Position numbers and translations under genes: made by a program. From contig CAVXJH010000006.1 in the NCBI GenBank assembly GCA_963762115.1, forward strand, positions 352,001 to 416,000: a stretch of DNA of 64,000 bases. Reading direction: 5' to 3'. Source of the stretch: Candidatus Babeliales bacterium. GTDB taxonomy: Bacteria > Babelota > Babeliae > Babelales > JANWKD01. Below are positions 48,623-58,567 of this stretch, in pieces. Each line of letters begins with the position of its first letter. The first letter of the stretch is position 1. The notes under the pieces were generated by a model that saw nothing but the letters and a program-made list of their open reading frames with translations, was not told where the DNA came from and searched no databases.

Positions 48623-48653
48623 TTAAGTAGGAGCATTTTAAACTCCTACTTAA
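48623..48653. terminator. Hairpin between convergent genes
   Basis: TTAAGTAGGAG...CTCCTACTTAA. Confidence 0.6.
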
Positions 48654-48667
48654 TTAAAATCAAATGA

Positions 48668-51361
48668 TTAACTGATTATACAGCGTTCTTTTTTTTCTAA
48701 TAAATCGAGTGCTTCTTTATTGTTATTTTCTAATAAATCAAGTGCTTTTTTATTCCCGGCCTTTATTGCCCATCCATGAATTTTATGTTTGCTTTCTTCA
48801 TCAAGATTTGGATGATGGGAGAGAATGCATTTGAGAATTTCAATACATTTAATATCTTCGGTTACCCATTGAAGTATTGTTATAGAGGTATTCGCTTTGT
48901 ATGGAACGTTTACATTGGCGCCAGCTTCAATCAATAATTGAGCAACTGGGAGTTTTTTTCTCCAATATATGGCGTGCATTAGAGGGCTTATTCCCCTATT
49001 ATCAGGTGTATTGATATCAGCGCCTTTGGCAATTAGCAATTGTGCAATTGTGTTTTTTTCTCTGTCTATAGCATATATTAAAGGTGTTATTCCGTGGTTA
49101 TCAGGCGTATGAATGTCAACGCCGTTTGTAATTAACAATTGAGCAATTGTAGTGTTTTCTCCCCAGTATAATATGGCGAACATTAAAGGAGTTATTCCGT
49201 TATTATCAGCCGTATGGATATCAGCGCCTTTAGTAATTAACAATTGAGCAATTGTATTTCTTTCTCTGTCTATAGCATACATTAGAGGAGCTCTTCCCTT
49301 GTTATCAGGCATACGGATATCTGCGCCTTTGGCAACTAGCAATTGAGTAATTGAAAGATCTCCTTGGTCGATGGCGTGTATTAGAGGAGTTCTTCCATTA
49401 TTATTAGCTTTATGAATATTAGCACCTTTGGCAATTAGCAATTGAGCAATTGAGAGATTTCCTTTGTTTATAGCGTATATTAGAGGAGTTCTTTCTTCGT
49501 TATCATGCATATGAATATCAGCGCCTTTGGCAATTAGCAATTGAGCAATTGAGAGATCTTTATTTGTAGAGGCACACATTAGAGGAGTTCTTCCTTCATT
49601 ATCATGCATATGAATATCAGCGCCTTTGGAGATTAGCAATTGAGCAATTATGGGATTTTCATCGTCTATGGCGTGTATTAGAGGAGTTCTGCCCTTGTTG
49701 TCAGGCATATGGATATCAGCACCTTTGGCGATTAACAATTGAGCAATTGAGAGATCTGTACTATTCATAGCGTACATTAGAGGAGTTCTTCCATTTTTAT
49801 CAGGGGTATGGATATTAGCGCCTTTGGCAATTAGCAATTGAATAATTGAAAGATCTCTTTTGCCTATGGCGTGTATTAAAGGTGTTCTTCCATTATTATC
49901 AGCTTTATGAATATCAGCGCCTTTGGCAATTAGCAATTGAATAATTGAGAGATTTCCTTGGTCTATGGCGTGTATTAAAGGTGTTCTTCCATTATTATCA
50001 GCTTTATGAATATCAGCGCCTTTGGCAATTAATAATTGTGGAATATGTGCAATATGCGAAAAGTGGCTAAGGTTGATTGTGGTTATCAATGGTGTATAGC
50101 TAAATAATTGATCGGTTTTATTAATATTAGCATAGCCTGTTTTCAATAACCATTGAACAATTTTAGGATTAATATTTAAAGTTCTGCAAGAGGTGTGTTG
50201 AGTAAATACCGTGTCAGTCAAAATAAGAATGCTTGTCTCATGATCATGAACTGCAAGATTAATATCAATCCCATGTAAAATTGCATCTTGGATTGTATCA
50301 AGATCATTACTTTCAAATGCTTTTATAAGTTTGCTTGAAAGATCAGAATTTTCGTCAAAGTAGTAGTTTGATGTTTCTTTGATAGTAATATTTTTATTTT
50401 GGGCTACAGATCTTAAAAACTTTACTATTGCTTGATTAATTTTATGAACTGGATTTAGAGGGCTAGTTTCTATTGATTCATCTTCAATAATTGCACCAAG
50501 ATTGACTAATTTTTTAATCAAATCAAAGTTATCTTTTTCGGCAGCATAAACCAAGGGAGTTTTCTTGTAGCGATCGCAAGCATTAATCAATGCCCCTTTG
50601 TTAATTAAATAATCAATTATTTCAAAACAATTAAAACTTATCGCATACATTAAGGGTGTTATTTGATCATTATTGCATGCATTTGGATTAGCGCCATAAG
50701 CAAGTAACAATTTAACAAGTTCAAAATTCTTAATTGCAATCGCATGCATTAACAATGTTAAACCATCTTTACAACGTATATCAATACCGGTAATAGTATT
50801 AGTTAATAAAAATTGAATAGCTTTTTCTAAGTCGATATTCTCTTTGCACAAAATATCATAGGCTGTTTTAAAATTTCTATCCCTTAATGCAATAACAATT
50901 TTTTTAAGACTAATATTGTTTTTATTTGATTGTTGATTCCCAGCAGGCGCAACAGATTGTCCTTCTGAAGTAAACTGTGTACCCTCTGCAAGAGCACCAT
51001 CAAACTCTTCATCTGAATATTCTAAATCAGGCATTTCTTCCTGAGTTAGTTCTCCTTGAATTTTTTCTTTACCATCTTTAATACCACTTCGAGCACCATT
51101 ATCTATCAAATAATTAACAATTTTGAAGTCGCCACTCTTTTGGCACATTTGAATTGCTTTCAAAAGAGCAGTTGACCAATCCAAGTCTTGCTCATTAATA
51201 TCGGCACCGGATTTAACAATCGCTTGAACAAGATCAAAATCATTCTGCCGAACAGCAGAAATTAATGGTGTTGTCTCACTATTATCAGCTTCCATGGCCA
51301 AAATGGGCGAAAGATTAGCGATAGTGAGAAAAATGGTTAAGAAAATAATATGTTTTTTCAT
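48668..51361 (-). CDS. Secreted ankyrin-repeat protein with C-terminal CaaX motif
   Basis: ILA|ME signal; many TPL..A...LL..GAD repeats, 11 of them near-identical 99-bp units; ends KKERCIIS*. Confidence 0.93.
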   Translation of the reverse strand: MKKHIIFLTIFLTIANLSPILAMEADNSETTPLISAVRQNDFDLVQAIVKSGADINEQDLDWSTALLKAIQMCQKSGDFKIVNYLIDNGARSGIKDGKEKIQGELTQEEMPDLEYSDEEFDGALAEGTQFTSEGQSVAPAGNQQSNKNNISLKKIVIALRDRNFKTAYDILCKENIDLEKAIQFLLTNTITGIDIRCKDGLTLLMHAIAIKNFELVKLLLAYGANPNACNNDQITPLMYAISFNCFEIIDYLINKGALINACDRYKKTPLVYAAEKDNFDLIKKLVNLGAIIEDESIETSPLNPVHKINQAIVKFLRSVAQNKNITIKETSNYYFDENSDLSSKLIKAFESNDLDTIQDAILHGIDINLAVHDHETSILILTDTVFTQHTSCRTLNINPKIVQWLLKTGYANINKTDQLFSYTPLITTINLSHFSHIAHIPQLLIAKGADIHKADNNGRTPLIHAIDQGNLSIIQLLIAKGADIHKADNNGRTPLIHAIGKRDLSIIQLLIAKGANIHTPDKNGRTPLMYAMNSTDLSIAQLLIAKGADIHMPDNKGRTPLIHAIDDENPIIAQLLISKGADIHMHDNEGRTPLMCASTNKDLSIAQLLIAKGADIHMHDNEERTPLIYAINKGNLSIAQLLIAKGANIHKANNNGRTPLIHAIDQGDLSITQLLVAKGADIRMPDNKGRAPLMYAIDRERNTIAQLLITKGADIHTADNNGITPLMFAILYWGENTTIAQLLITNGVDIHTPDNHGITPLIYAIDREKNTIAQLLIAKGADINTPDNRGISPLMHAIYWRKKLPVAQLLIEAGANVNVPYKANTSITILQWVTEDIKCIEILKCILSHHPNLDEESKHKIHGWAIKAGNKKALDLLENNNKEALDLLEKKERCIIS

Positions 51362-52152
51362 GGGGGGTTCTCCTTGTTTTTGAACCTGAAAAATAGTAAA
51401 AATATCAATTTTAATATAATTAAATGATAGCATATATATAAAAAATAGCAAGTAGTTAATTTCCTAATTGAAAATAAATCAAGTTGAGTTTTGTGATAAT
51501 AATTTAGAAAGGTTATTTTCCTATGTTTTTTTGAGAAAAAAATCTTAAGGTTAATAACAAGGAAGCAAATGAAGGTAAAAAATTCAATTAGTTAAAAATA
51601 TATAATATTTCATTATGCATATTGATTATATTTTTATATATTTTATACTTATTATTGTCTGATATTGTTAGTTTTTCAGTGTAAGAAGGAAATGCTCGTG
51701 AAAAAATCTATTTTATATGCCTTAATTTTTGGTTTTTGTGTTGGAAATGTGCTCAATGTTTGTGCAATGGAAGAAAAATCAACGGAGACTCTCAATCAAA
51801 AAGAAGCTCCTGAAATAACTGTTGAGGTTGGTTTGGAAAGCCTTGACAGTAAATGGTTTTTTGAAAATCAAAAAAATAAGGATTTTGGTGCTGCGCGAGG
51901 TTCTGTTAGAGCTTTAAATGCTATAAAAAAATATGACAATAACGCGAAATCTGAATATGAGCTTTATCCAAATTCTATTCCAAAGTACAGAGCGCTTAGG
52001 GGAAAATTATGCAGAAAACAAAAAGTATTTGATGCATTTTTTAACATACAAGTTCGAGATGTTCCAGAAGAAAAAAAAGTGATTGCAGCTGGTAGTGCTA
52101 AAATAAAAGAGCGTAGAATAGAATGGGATGCAACTGAATTTATTTCGTATGA

Positions 52153-52711
52153 CAGAAAACCCCAGGGTTTTAAACCTGGGGATGAATGTCATCAAATGCG
52201 CGAGCGAAGCAAAAATGTAAATTTTTGCGAAGTGAGGTTAGTTTTGTCATACTAATTGACATGACAAAGAAATATTGGCACGGAGCGCATACAACTCATA
52301 GGCATATGTATCATATAGTTTGGTTACCTAAATATAGAAAAAAAGTATTAGAAGGCAAAGTTAAGAGCAGGTTAGAAGAACTTTTGCGAGAATGTGCGGA
52401 AATTAATGCATGGGAAATTCAAGAACTAAATATTCAGATAGACCATGTGCATCTTGTAATACAATTACCACCAAGTGTGAGTGTGAGCAAGGCCGTTCAA
52501 TTACTCAAGGGAATTTCAAGTAAAATGCTCAGAGCTGAATTACCTGAAATAAAGAAATTTTTGTGGGGTAACGATTTTTGGGCAGATGGATATTTCTCTG
52601 AAACATTTGGACAATGTTCAGAAGAGACAATTCTCAATTATGTTAGAAATCAATAAAAAGCTTTCATCTCGTGCTTCTAAATCCACGGCTTTTAAGCCGT
52701 GTGTTGTTTAA
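52153..52711 (+). mobile_element. IS200-type element (tnpA only)
   Basis: Subterminal hairpins CCCCAGG..CCTGGGG (left) and CACGGC..GCCGTG (right); no TIR or target duplication; ends uncertain by 1 nt. Confidence 0.85.
52261..52656 (+). CDS. tnpA: Y1 HUH transposase
   Basis: YHIVWLPKYRKKVL, DHVHL (HUH), LKGISS, FWADGYF, catalytic Y in NYVRNQ. Confidence 0.95.
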   Translation: MTKKYWHGAHTTHRHMYHIVWLPKYRKKVLEGKVKSRLEELLRECAEINAWEIQELNIQIDHVHLVIQLPPSVSVSKAVQLLKGISSKMLRAELPEIKKFLWGNDFWADGYFSETFGQCSEETILNYVRNQ

Positions 52712-52951
52712 TGATGCAATTCTTGAAGAGTTTGTTCTTACTGAAGCATATGAAAAAGGCTTTGATGAGCTTGCAAAAACAGCTCATGCTAAAGAAGTTC
52801 TTGCTGCTGAGCGCAAGCGTAGAGGTTTTTTTAATAAAGATACTTTGATTGGTATAGGTATTGGAGCAACTCCAATGGCAGTAGCAGGGTGCTATTATGC
52901 AGCGAGATATTTTAGGGCGAAGTAAATAAGTTAATTTTTAGAAAATTTATT

Positions 52952-52992
52952 AAGGCGGATAAGGAAAAATGTTCTTTATCCGCCTTTTTTTT
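52952..52992. terminator. Terminator hairpin between convergent genes
   Basis: AAGGCGGATAAGGA...TCTTTATCCGCCTT plus T run. Confidence 0.75.
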
Positions 52993-52995
52993 GCG

Positions 52996-54204
52996 TCATT
53001 CAATATGATAAATTCTATGCTTCCCAACTTTCACATGCATGCCAGATTTCCAAGAAATCATTGCTTTGAAATCAGTTATTTTTTGATCATCAATGGCAAC
53101 AGCGCCAGCTTCAAGTAATCGTTTAGCTTCCGAAGAAGTTTGTAGGGCGCCGAGCAGTTTTAAAAAATCAACTATCCAGATTGGATTGGCTGTTTCTTTT
53201 GGTAACGTTACCGGTGTTGCTTGTGAATAATCTTTTTTCTGAAATACTGCTTCAAATTGCTCTTGCGCGATATCAGCATCAACAGGGGACCAGAATTTGG
53301 CAATAATAGCATGTGCCATTTCTTTTTTGAGTTCCATAGGATGAGCGGTTCCTGAAGCAACTCGTTCCTGTAAGCTACTAATTTCTTGTTTGTTTTTACG
53401 CAATAAGAGCGCAAAATAACGCCACATAAGTGTATCGGAAATCGACATCAGTTTGCCATATGCTTGCGGCGCAGGTTCAGCGAGCCCAATATAATTGCCG
53501 AGTGATTTGGACATTTTTGCAACGCCATCAAGACCTTCTAAAAGTGGCATAGTGATGACAATTTGTGGTTCTTGGCCATAATGCTGTTGCAGTTCTCTAC
53601 CCATTAATAAATTGAAAGTTTGATCAGTGCCACCAATTTCAACATCAGCGTTAAGGGCAACTGAATCATATCCTTGAAAGAGAGGGTATAAGAGTTCGTG
53701 AAAACTAATTGGCTGTTGTTTTTCAAGGCGATTTTTAAAATCTTCTCGTTCAATAAGACGCGCGACGGTTGTTTTTGCACATAACTCTATGATTTGTTGC
53801 GCAGTTAAATGACCCAGAAGCTCAGAGTTGAAACGAATTTTGACCAAAGCAGGATCAAGAATTTTGCTTACTTGCTCAAAATAGGTCGCCGTATTTTCGG
53901 CAATTTGTGCTTGCGTGAGTGGCGGTCTTGTTTTTGATTTTCCCGTGGGGTCGCCTATTTTGGCGGTGAAATCGCCAATTAAGAAAATAACTTCATGACC
54001 TAAATCTTGAAAGTCTTTTAATTTTGATAATACAACAGCATGACCCAAATGCAAATCGGGTGCTGTTGGATCAGCGCCTAATTTTATTTTTAAAGGTTTT
54101 CCACGCGCAAGGCGTTTTGCTAATTCTTCTTGATTAATAACGAGTTCTGCGCCTTCTTGAATGCGTTCAAGAGCAGCCGCACTCGTTGAGTTTAAGGTTT
54201 TCAT
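52996..54204 (-). CDS. tyrS: Tyrosine--tRNA ligase
   Basis: [27 protein letters not shown]-terminal S4-like domain. Confidence 0.97.
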   Translation of the reverse strand: MKTLNSTSAAALERIQEGAELVINQEELAKRLARGKPLKIKLGADPTAPDLHLGHAVVLSKLKDFQDLGHEVIFLIGDFTAKIGDPTGKSKTRPPLTQAQIAENTATYFEQVSKILDPALVKIRFNSELLGHLTAQQIIELCAKTTVARLIEREDFKNRLEKQQPISFHELLYPLFQGYDSVALNADVEIGGTDQTFNLLMGRELQQHYGQEPQIVITMPLLEGLDGVAKMSKSLGNYIGLAEPAPQAYGKLMSISDTLMWRYFALLLRKNKQEISSLQERVASGTAHPMELKKEMAHAIIAKFWSPVDADIAQEQFEAVFQKKDYSQATPVTLPKETANPIWIVDFLKLLGALQTSSEAKRLLEAGAVAIDDQKITDFKAMISWKSGMHVKVGKHRIYHIE

Positions 54205-54911
54205 ACAAATGTTCCGCCAAGTAAACGAGTGAGATGGTAAGCAAGGACAATAATGATATCAACGGCTTTGTGGCGTAAAGGATCAGCCAAAAACACAATG
54301 AGCAGAATAGGTATGAAAAATTCTAAATACCCTGCACCCAAACTTTCTTGAAAGAAAAAGAGAATTATCAAACGTACTGTGTTAACAATGAGATTTAGTA
54401 CGGCAAGTAATACACAAAGATAGATGATTGCAGCCAAAATAATGGCAAGAGTTAGGGCAAATGAAGATTTATCAGGATAATATTGTGCCAAAATAGGCAG
54501 GGCAATATGTTGATAAAAAATCATGGGTTTTACCAGCTCAAGCATAGTCAAGCCGAATGATTTTAATAAGATAACCAAAGCAAGTAATGCTAAAACCAAT
54601 CGAGCAAAGGTGTCGGAAAAATAAGCAATGGTAATTTTTAATTTTTGAAATGGTTCGTGAATATTAAGGTGATTAATCGGTATATAACGCCCCCAACCAA
54701 AATTATAAAGAATGAGAAAGATTACGCCGACAAAATCGATATGCACTAAGGGGTTGAGGCTTAGGTAGCCATTGCGTTCAGGACCATCATCACCCATTTT
54801 TTTTGCTACCCAAGCACGAAAAAAACCGCAGCTTGTTTCAGTAATAATATAGGCAATAAACATGGTGACAAGACTCATGAAAAATTCTATGCTTCTTAAA
54901 TTTATGTTCAT
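54201..54911 (-). CDS. Site-2 protease (M50)-like membrane protein with degenerate active site
   Basis: A..MGD......[12 protein letters not shown]...FGW...PIN is typical of small M50 proteins; HExxH is TETSC and PxDG is missing. Confidence 0.7.
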   Translation of the reverse strand: MNINLRSIEFFMSLVTMFIAYIITETSCGFFRAWVAKKMGDDGPERNGYLSLNPLVHIDFVGVIFLILYNFGWGRYIPINHLNIHEPFQKLKITIAYFSDTFARLVLALLALVILLKSFGLTMLELVKPMIFYQHIALPILAQYYPDKSSFALTLAIILAAIIYLCVLLAVLNLIVNTVRLIILFFFQESLGAGYLEFFIPILLIVFLADPLRHKAVDIIIVLAYHLTRLLGGTFV

Positions 54912-55103
54912 CTGAGTGTCCTAAAATTCATATATATTTTTCTTAAATTTACCATTTTATTAATACTCTTGTAGTCTAGACCATTCAATAAAAGGGGTCA
55001 AACCTTTGCATGAACGGACAATTCTTTCACTCGACAAAATTAGATGATGCAGTAGAATGTCAATCAAAAAAGAATAGTACCTATGTTGCTAAAGGAAAGT
55101 AGT

Positions 55104-57377
55104 ATGAAAAAAAATAGATTAGATAAAAGAAATAATGCATCATATCAACTTGCTATAGTTCCGTTTGATTGGTGGCAAATTTCGCTTATTCCCCTTGCTC
55201 TATTACCACTTTTAACCTTTCTTTTTTATTACCCTTCTTTGCATTATAACTTTCAGTTTGATGATTTGGCCAATATTACCAAGTTTTTCAATATTCGACA
55301 TGCTACTTTCAGCGGCCTGTTTTTTTCAGGAACACGTTGGATTAGTTATTGGATTAACACGATTCATTATTCGTTAGGAAAGTTTGATCCGTTTACTTAT
55401 CGTTTTGGCAATGTTACTTCACATACTATAACGGGCATTGTGCTTTATTATTTTTTGTTGTTGTCGCTTTCGCGAGTAAAAAATCATCTTTTTGTTTCTT
55501 CAAACGCTTTTTTAATTGCATTCACCACAGCAGCACTCTTTTTATTGCATCCGGTGCAAAGTCAAACAGTATCATATGTGATTCAAGGTCAATTGGAAGG
55601 TATTGCAACATTGTGCATTATGATAATGTCATTGAGCTTATTGCTTTTTGATCGAGCAAAAACCATGGGCAGTAAAATAGTGTTTATTGCTCTTCTTTTC
55701 ATCGTTGGCATTTTATCATGCGGCACTAAAGAAATCACTATCGTTTCTCCGGTATTATTGTTGTTAGTTGATTGGTTTTTTATTGCGCAAGGCGATATGC
55801 AATCATTGAAAAAAAGATTGTGGATTTATGGTGTTTTGACGGTGCTTGTCTTTAGTATTTATATTTACTTTCTTAAATTTGCCTTTTTTTCAAATCTTGT
55901 AACGTTGAAAATGGAAGCGCGCAATAATATTGGTAATGTGTTAACCGATAAAGCAAGTGATAAAATTTTGCCGCTTCATTTTTTTATTTCTCAATTTAAA
56001 GTGATTCTTCATTATTTATGCATGTTTTTATGGCCATTTAACATTAGTGTTGAATATGATTGGAAATTAGTTAAAAGCTTTTTTGCGAAAGATTGTATTC
56101 TTCCTCTCTTGGCATTATGTAGCATTGCCGGCGGCGTGTATTTTTTACTGAAAAAAAATGTAACATCAATTATTGCTTTTGCTTTTTTGTGGTTCATTGT
56201 TGCCATAGCGCCACGTTCATCTTTTATTCCTTCTTCGGAATTATTAACTGATTATAAAACATATTTAAGTTCTCCAGGCATTATGCTTTTGCTTGCGCTT
56301 GCTTTGGTAAAATTGCTTACTCTGCTTTTTTCCTATGAAAAATTGCCACCGTTTATTATCACCTATCGTCATCAGTTTCGCTTAGGCGTATTGATGATTT
56401 GTTTGTTTTGTATTGGTTTTTTGGTGTATCAACGTAACAAAGTGTGGCGTTCTGGTGAAGAATTTTGGTTTAATATTATTCAAAATGCACCGGGCAAAGC
56501 GCGAGCGTATAACAATTATGCAGTCGCGCTTTCTGAAAAAGGTTTGTATAAAGAGTCTATACCGTATTATGAAAAAGCCATTGCAATGGATGCCCATTAT
56601 CCAGATCCTTTGAATAATTTGGCAGTTGCGCATTCATTTATGGGTAATATGGATCATGCCATTGCTGCCTTGCAACGGAGTATTACTATTCAACCCCATT
56701 ATCCTGAAGCATATAATAATCTTGCTTCCTTTTTAATTGTAAAAAATGATCTTGATGGTGCGGAAAAAGCATTGAATGTTGCCTTGCAATTGCGGCCATA
56801 TTATGGAAAAGCATTCTTTAATATGGGCAAAATCTGGCTGTCGCGTAATAATGCAGAAAAAGCATTAGAATGTTTTAAGAATGCTTGTTTTAAGGCAGAT
56901 CTTGATACGGCAGATGGTTTTAAAATATGCACTAAAGTAGCGCTTTCTATGAAGAAATTTGAAGATGCCATTCTTGCGGGTAAAAAGTTGTTGGAACTTG
57001 AACCTTCTGCTGAAAACTGTTTTATGTTGGCGACCGCTTATCAAATGAGTAATAAACTTGAAGATGCTAAACGGATTTGTTTGCAAGCAGCTAAGATGAA
57101 ACCTAATGATTTTGGGCTTTGGTATAATTTAGGAGAATTGTCTATTCAACTGAGTAAGCATGAAGAAGCGGTTACGTATTTTAAAAAAGCAAATCAGTTG
57201 AATCCTTCTCAGCCACAAACACCTTTTAAGATTGCGTATTGTTATGTGCAAATGCAAAAGAAAGAAGAAGCAAGAAATCAACTTCAATCTATTATTGATG
57301 GTTCAATTTTTAATGAGCAAATTAAAGGATTAGCGCGACATGAACTCACGCAGCTTGGAAAAGTCGTTTCTGTTTAA
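55104..57377 (+). CDS. Multi-TM GT-C-type glycosyltransferase with TPR repeats (TMTC-like)
   Basis: FQFDD after first TM, LFLLHPVQSQTVSY, KE motif, RNKVW before a TPR array. Confidence 0.8.
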   Translation: MKKNRLDKRNNASYQLAIVPFDWWQISLIPLALLPLLTFLFYYPSLHYNFQFDDLANITKFFNIRHATFSGLFFSGTRWISYWINTIHYSLGKFDPFTYRFGNVTSHTITGIVLYYFLLLSLSRVKNHLFVSSNAFLIAFTTAALFLLHPVQSQTVSYVIQGQLEGIATLCIMIMSLSLLLFDRAKTMGSKIVFIALLFIVGILSCGTKEITIVSPVLLLLVDWFFIAQGDMQSLKKRLWIYGVLTVLVFSIYIYFLKFAFFSNLVTLKMEARNNIGNVLTDKASDKILPLHFFISQFKVILHYLCMFLWPFNISVEYDWKLVKSFFAKDCILPLLALCSIAGGVYFLLKKNVTSIIAFAFLWFIVAIAPRSSFIPSSELLTDYKTYLSSPGIMLLLALALVKLLTLLFSYEKLPPFIITYRHQFRLGVLMICLFCIGFLVYQRNKVWRSGEEFWFNIIQNAPGKARAYNNYAVALSEKGLYKESIPYYEKAIAMDAHYPDPLNNLAVAHSFMGNMDHAIAALQRSITIQPHYPEAYNNLASFLIVKNDLDGAEKALNVALQLRPYYGKAFFNMGKIWLSRNNAEKALECFKNACFKADLDTADGFKICTKVALSMKKFEDAILAGKKLLELEPSAENCFMLATAYQMSNKLEDAKRICLQAAKMKPNDFGLWYNLGELSIQLSKHEEAVTYFKKANQLNPSQPQTPFKIAYCYVQMQKKEEARNQLQSIIDGSIFNEQIKGLARHELTQLGKVVSV

Positions 57378-58446
57378 TGTTATTTTTTTTCTGACTTTTT
57401 TATATTTTTTCCCCCTACATGCGATGGAAAAACATATTTCTGGCTATTGGAGCGATGAAGCGCATGAGCAGGAATTATTGTTGCCCAAACAAGAAAAAAA
57501 GAAGAAAGAAGAAACGCAGGATGATTCAGTTATTTTTCGTAAAGGTGATTGCCTTTTAAAGAAATTAGATCCTGAAATAACGGCATATATTTTTTCGTTT
57601 TTGCCAGCTGATGGTAAAGATCTCAATACAGTAATGCGATGGGATGGCTTTCAGCCAAAAACAAATCCTGTAGAAGCTTCGCCTTTTTATGCAGTTGTAG
57701 AACGCATTAGAAATGCACATTCAAATTATATTTTTAAACGGTGTGAGCAGTCAATCAATAGGTTTGCGTATGATAGGGATTATGGAGTATTTTCTTTGAT
57801 GTGTTCTTTCATGAGAACTACTAAATATAAAGAAAATAAAAAAAATACTTTTTTCTGGTCAGATGTTCACGAGTTGAATGCATTAATATCTGATCATGTT
57901 TCTGCACAAGAGCTTGGTGCAAATGAAGAGCAATTAAAGGATGTATTGCATAGATTTGTAGCTGAAACAGAGGAGCGGTATTATACATCGATCTATTTTA
58001 ATAGCGGAAAAAAAATGCGTAGTCATGATTTTGAGCCTCGAGATATTTATCATTTTGCGCGTCAAAGGATTTTAGCAGAATTCAAAGAGCGCTTAAGGAG
58101 CAATCAGGATTGGTATGATTATGATGAAGAGATGCTTCATGGTTGCTGTGAAGGGGTAGCGCCTCGTTGGGCGTGTGGTTGTTCTCTATGTTGCCTTCTT
58201 AGTACAGGGTTGACGGCTTTTTTTTGTGGAGTGCATGCACCAATAGGATATATCGTGGGTACTGGCGCAATGAATATTGTAACTGGTTTTTGTGCAAGTG
58301 CATCTCTGGGGCGCGTGGCATGGGAAAGAAAAATATATTATGAGCAGAAACCTGGGCGAGATAAGGTTTGGCAAAGTTATCTTTTATTATCTGATGCTTG
58401 TGAAGAGCTTCAAGATATAGGGCCATTAAAAAAACTATTGATTTAA
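57340..58446 (+). CDS. Secreted F-box-like protein with Cys-rich membrane hairpin
   Basis: LHA|ME signal; LKKLDPEITAYIFSFL resembles L..LP.EI...IFSFL; hydrophobic Cys-rich C-terminal region. Confidence 0.65.
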   Translation: MNSRSLEKSFLFNVIFFLTFLYFFPLHAMEKHISGYWSDEAHEQELLLPKQEKKKKEETQDDSVIFRKGDCLLKKLDPEITAYIFSFLPADGKDLNTVMRWDGFQPKTNPVEASPFYAVVERIRNAHSNYIFKRCEQSINRFAYDRDYGVFSLMCSFMRTTKYKENKKNTFFWSDVHELNALISDHVSAQELGANEEQLKDVLHRFVAETEERYYTSIYFNSGKKMRSHDFEPRDIYHFARQRILAEFKERLRSNQDWYDYDEEMLHGCCEGVAPRWACGCSLCCLLSTGLTAFFCGVHAPIGYIVGTGAMNIVTGFCASASLGRVAWERKIYYEQKPGRDKVWQSYLLLSDACEELQDIGPLKKLLI

Positions 58447-58567
58447 TAAAATTAATGACGAGAATTTAAATTTAAGAAAATATTTTCACGTTTTTTAATT
58501 TTGACCGCTTTCTTCTTTATCAGTAGACTAAAAATTAAAAATATTTTTAGGTAGCAAAAGAAAAATT

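Larger units (their letters stand above)
51698..52925 (+). pseudogene. Secreted, C-terminally anchored protein split by an IS200-type element (pieces ~51698-52152 and ~52712-52925)
   Basis: Deleting 559 bp joins ...EFISYD to DAILEEF... in frame, giving 222 aa with VCA|ME signal and a C-terminal hydrophobic segment. Confidence 0.72.

Noticed and set aside
52186..52260. N-terminal extension of TnpA in the ORF track
   Set aside because: It is IS left-end sequence; TnpA-like sequence begins at ATG 52261.
52657..52925. tnpB/omega-RNA associated with the IS200 element
   Set aside because: The right-end hairpin follows tnpA within about 30 bp; the downstream ORF has no RuvC or zinc-finger motifs and fits the interrupted host gene.
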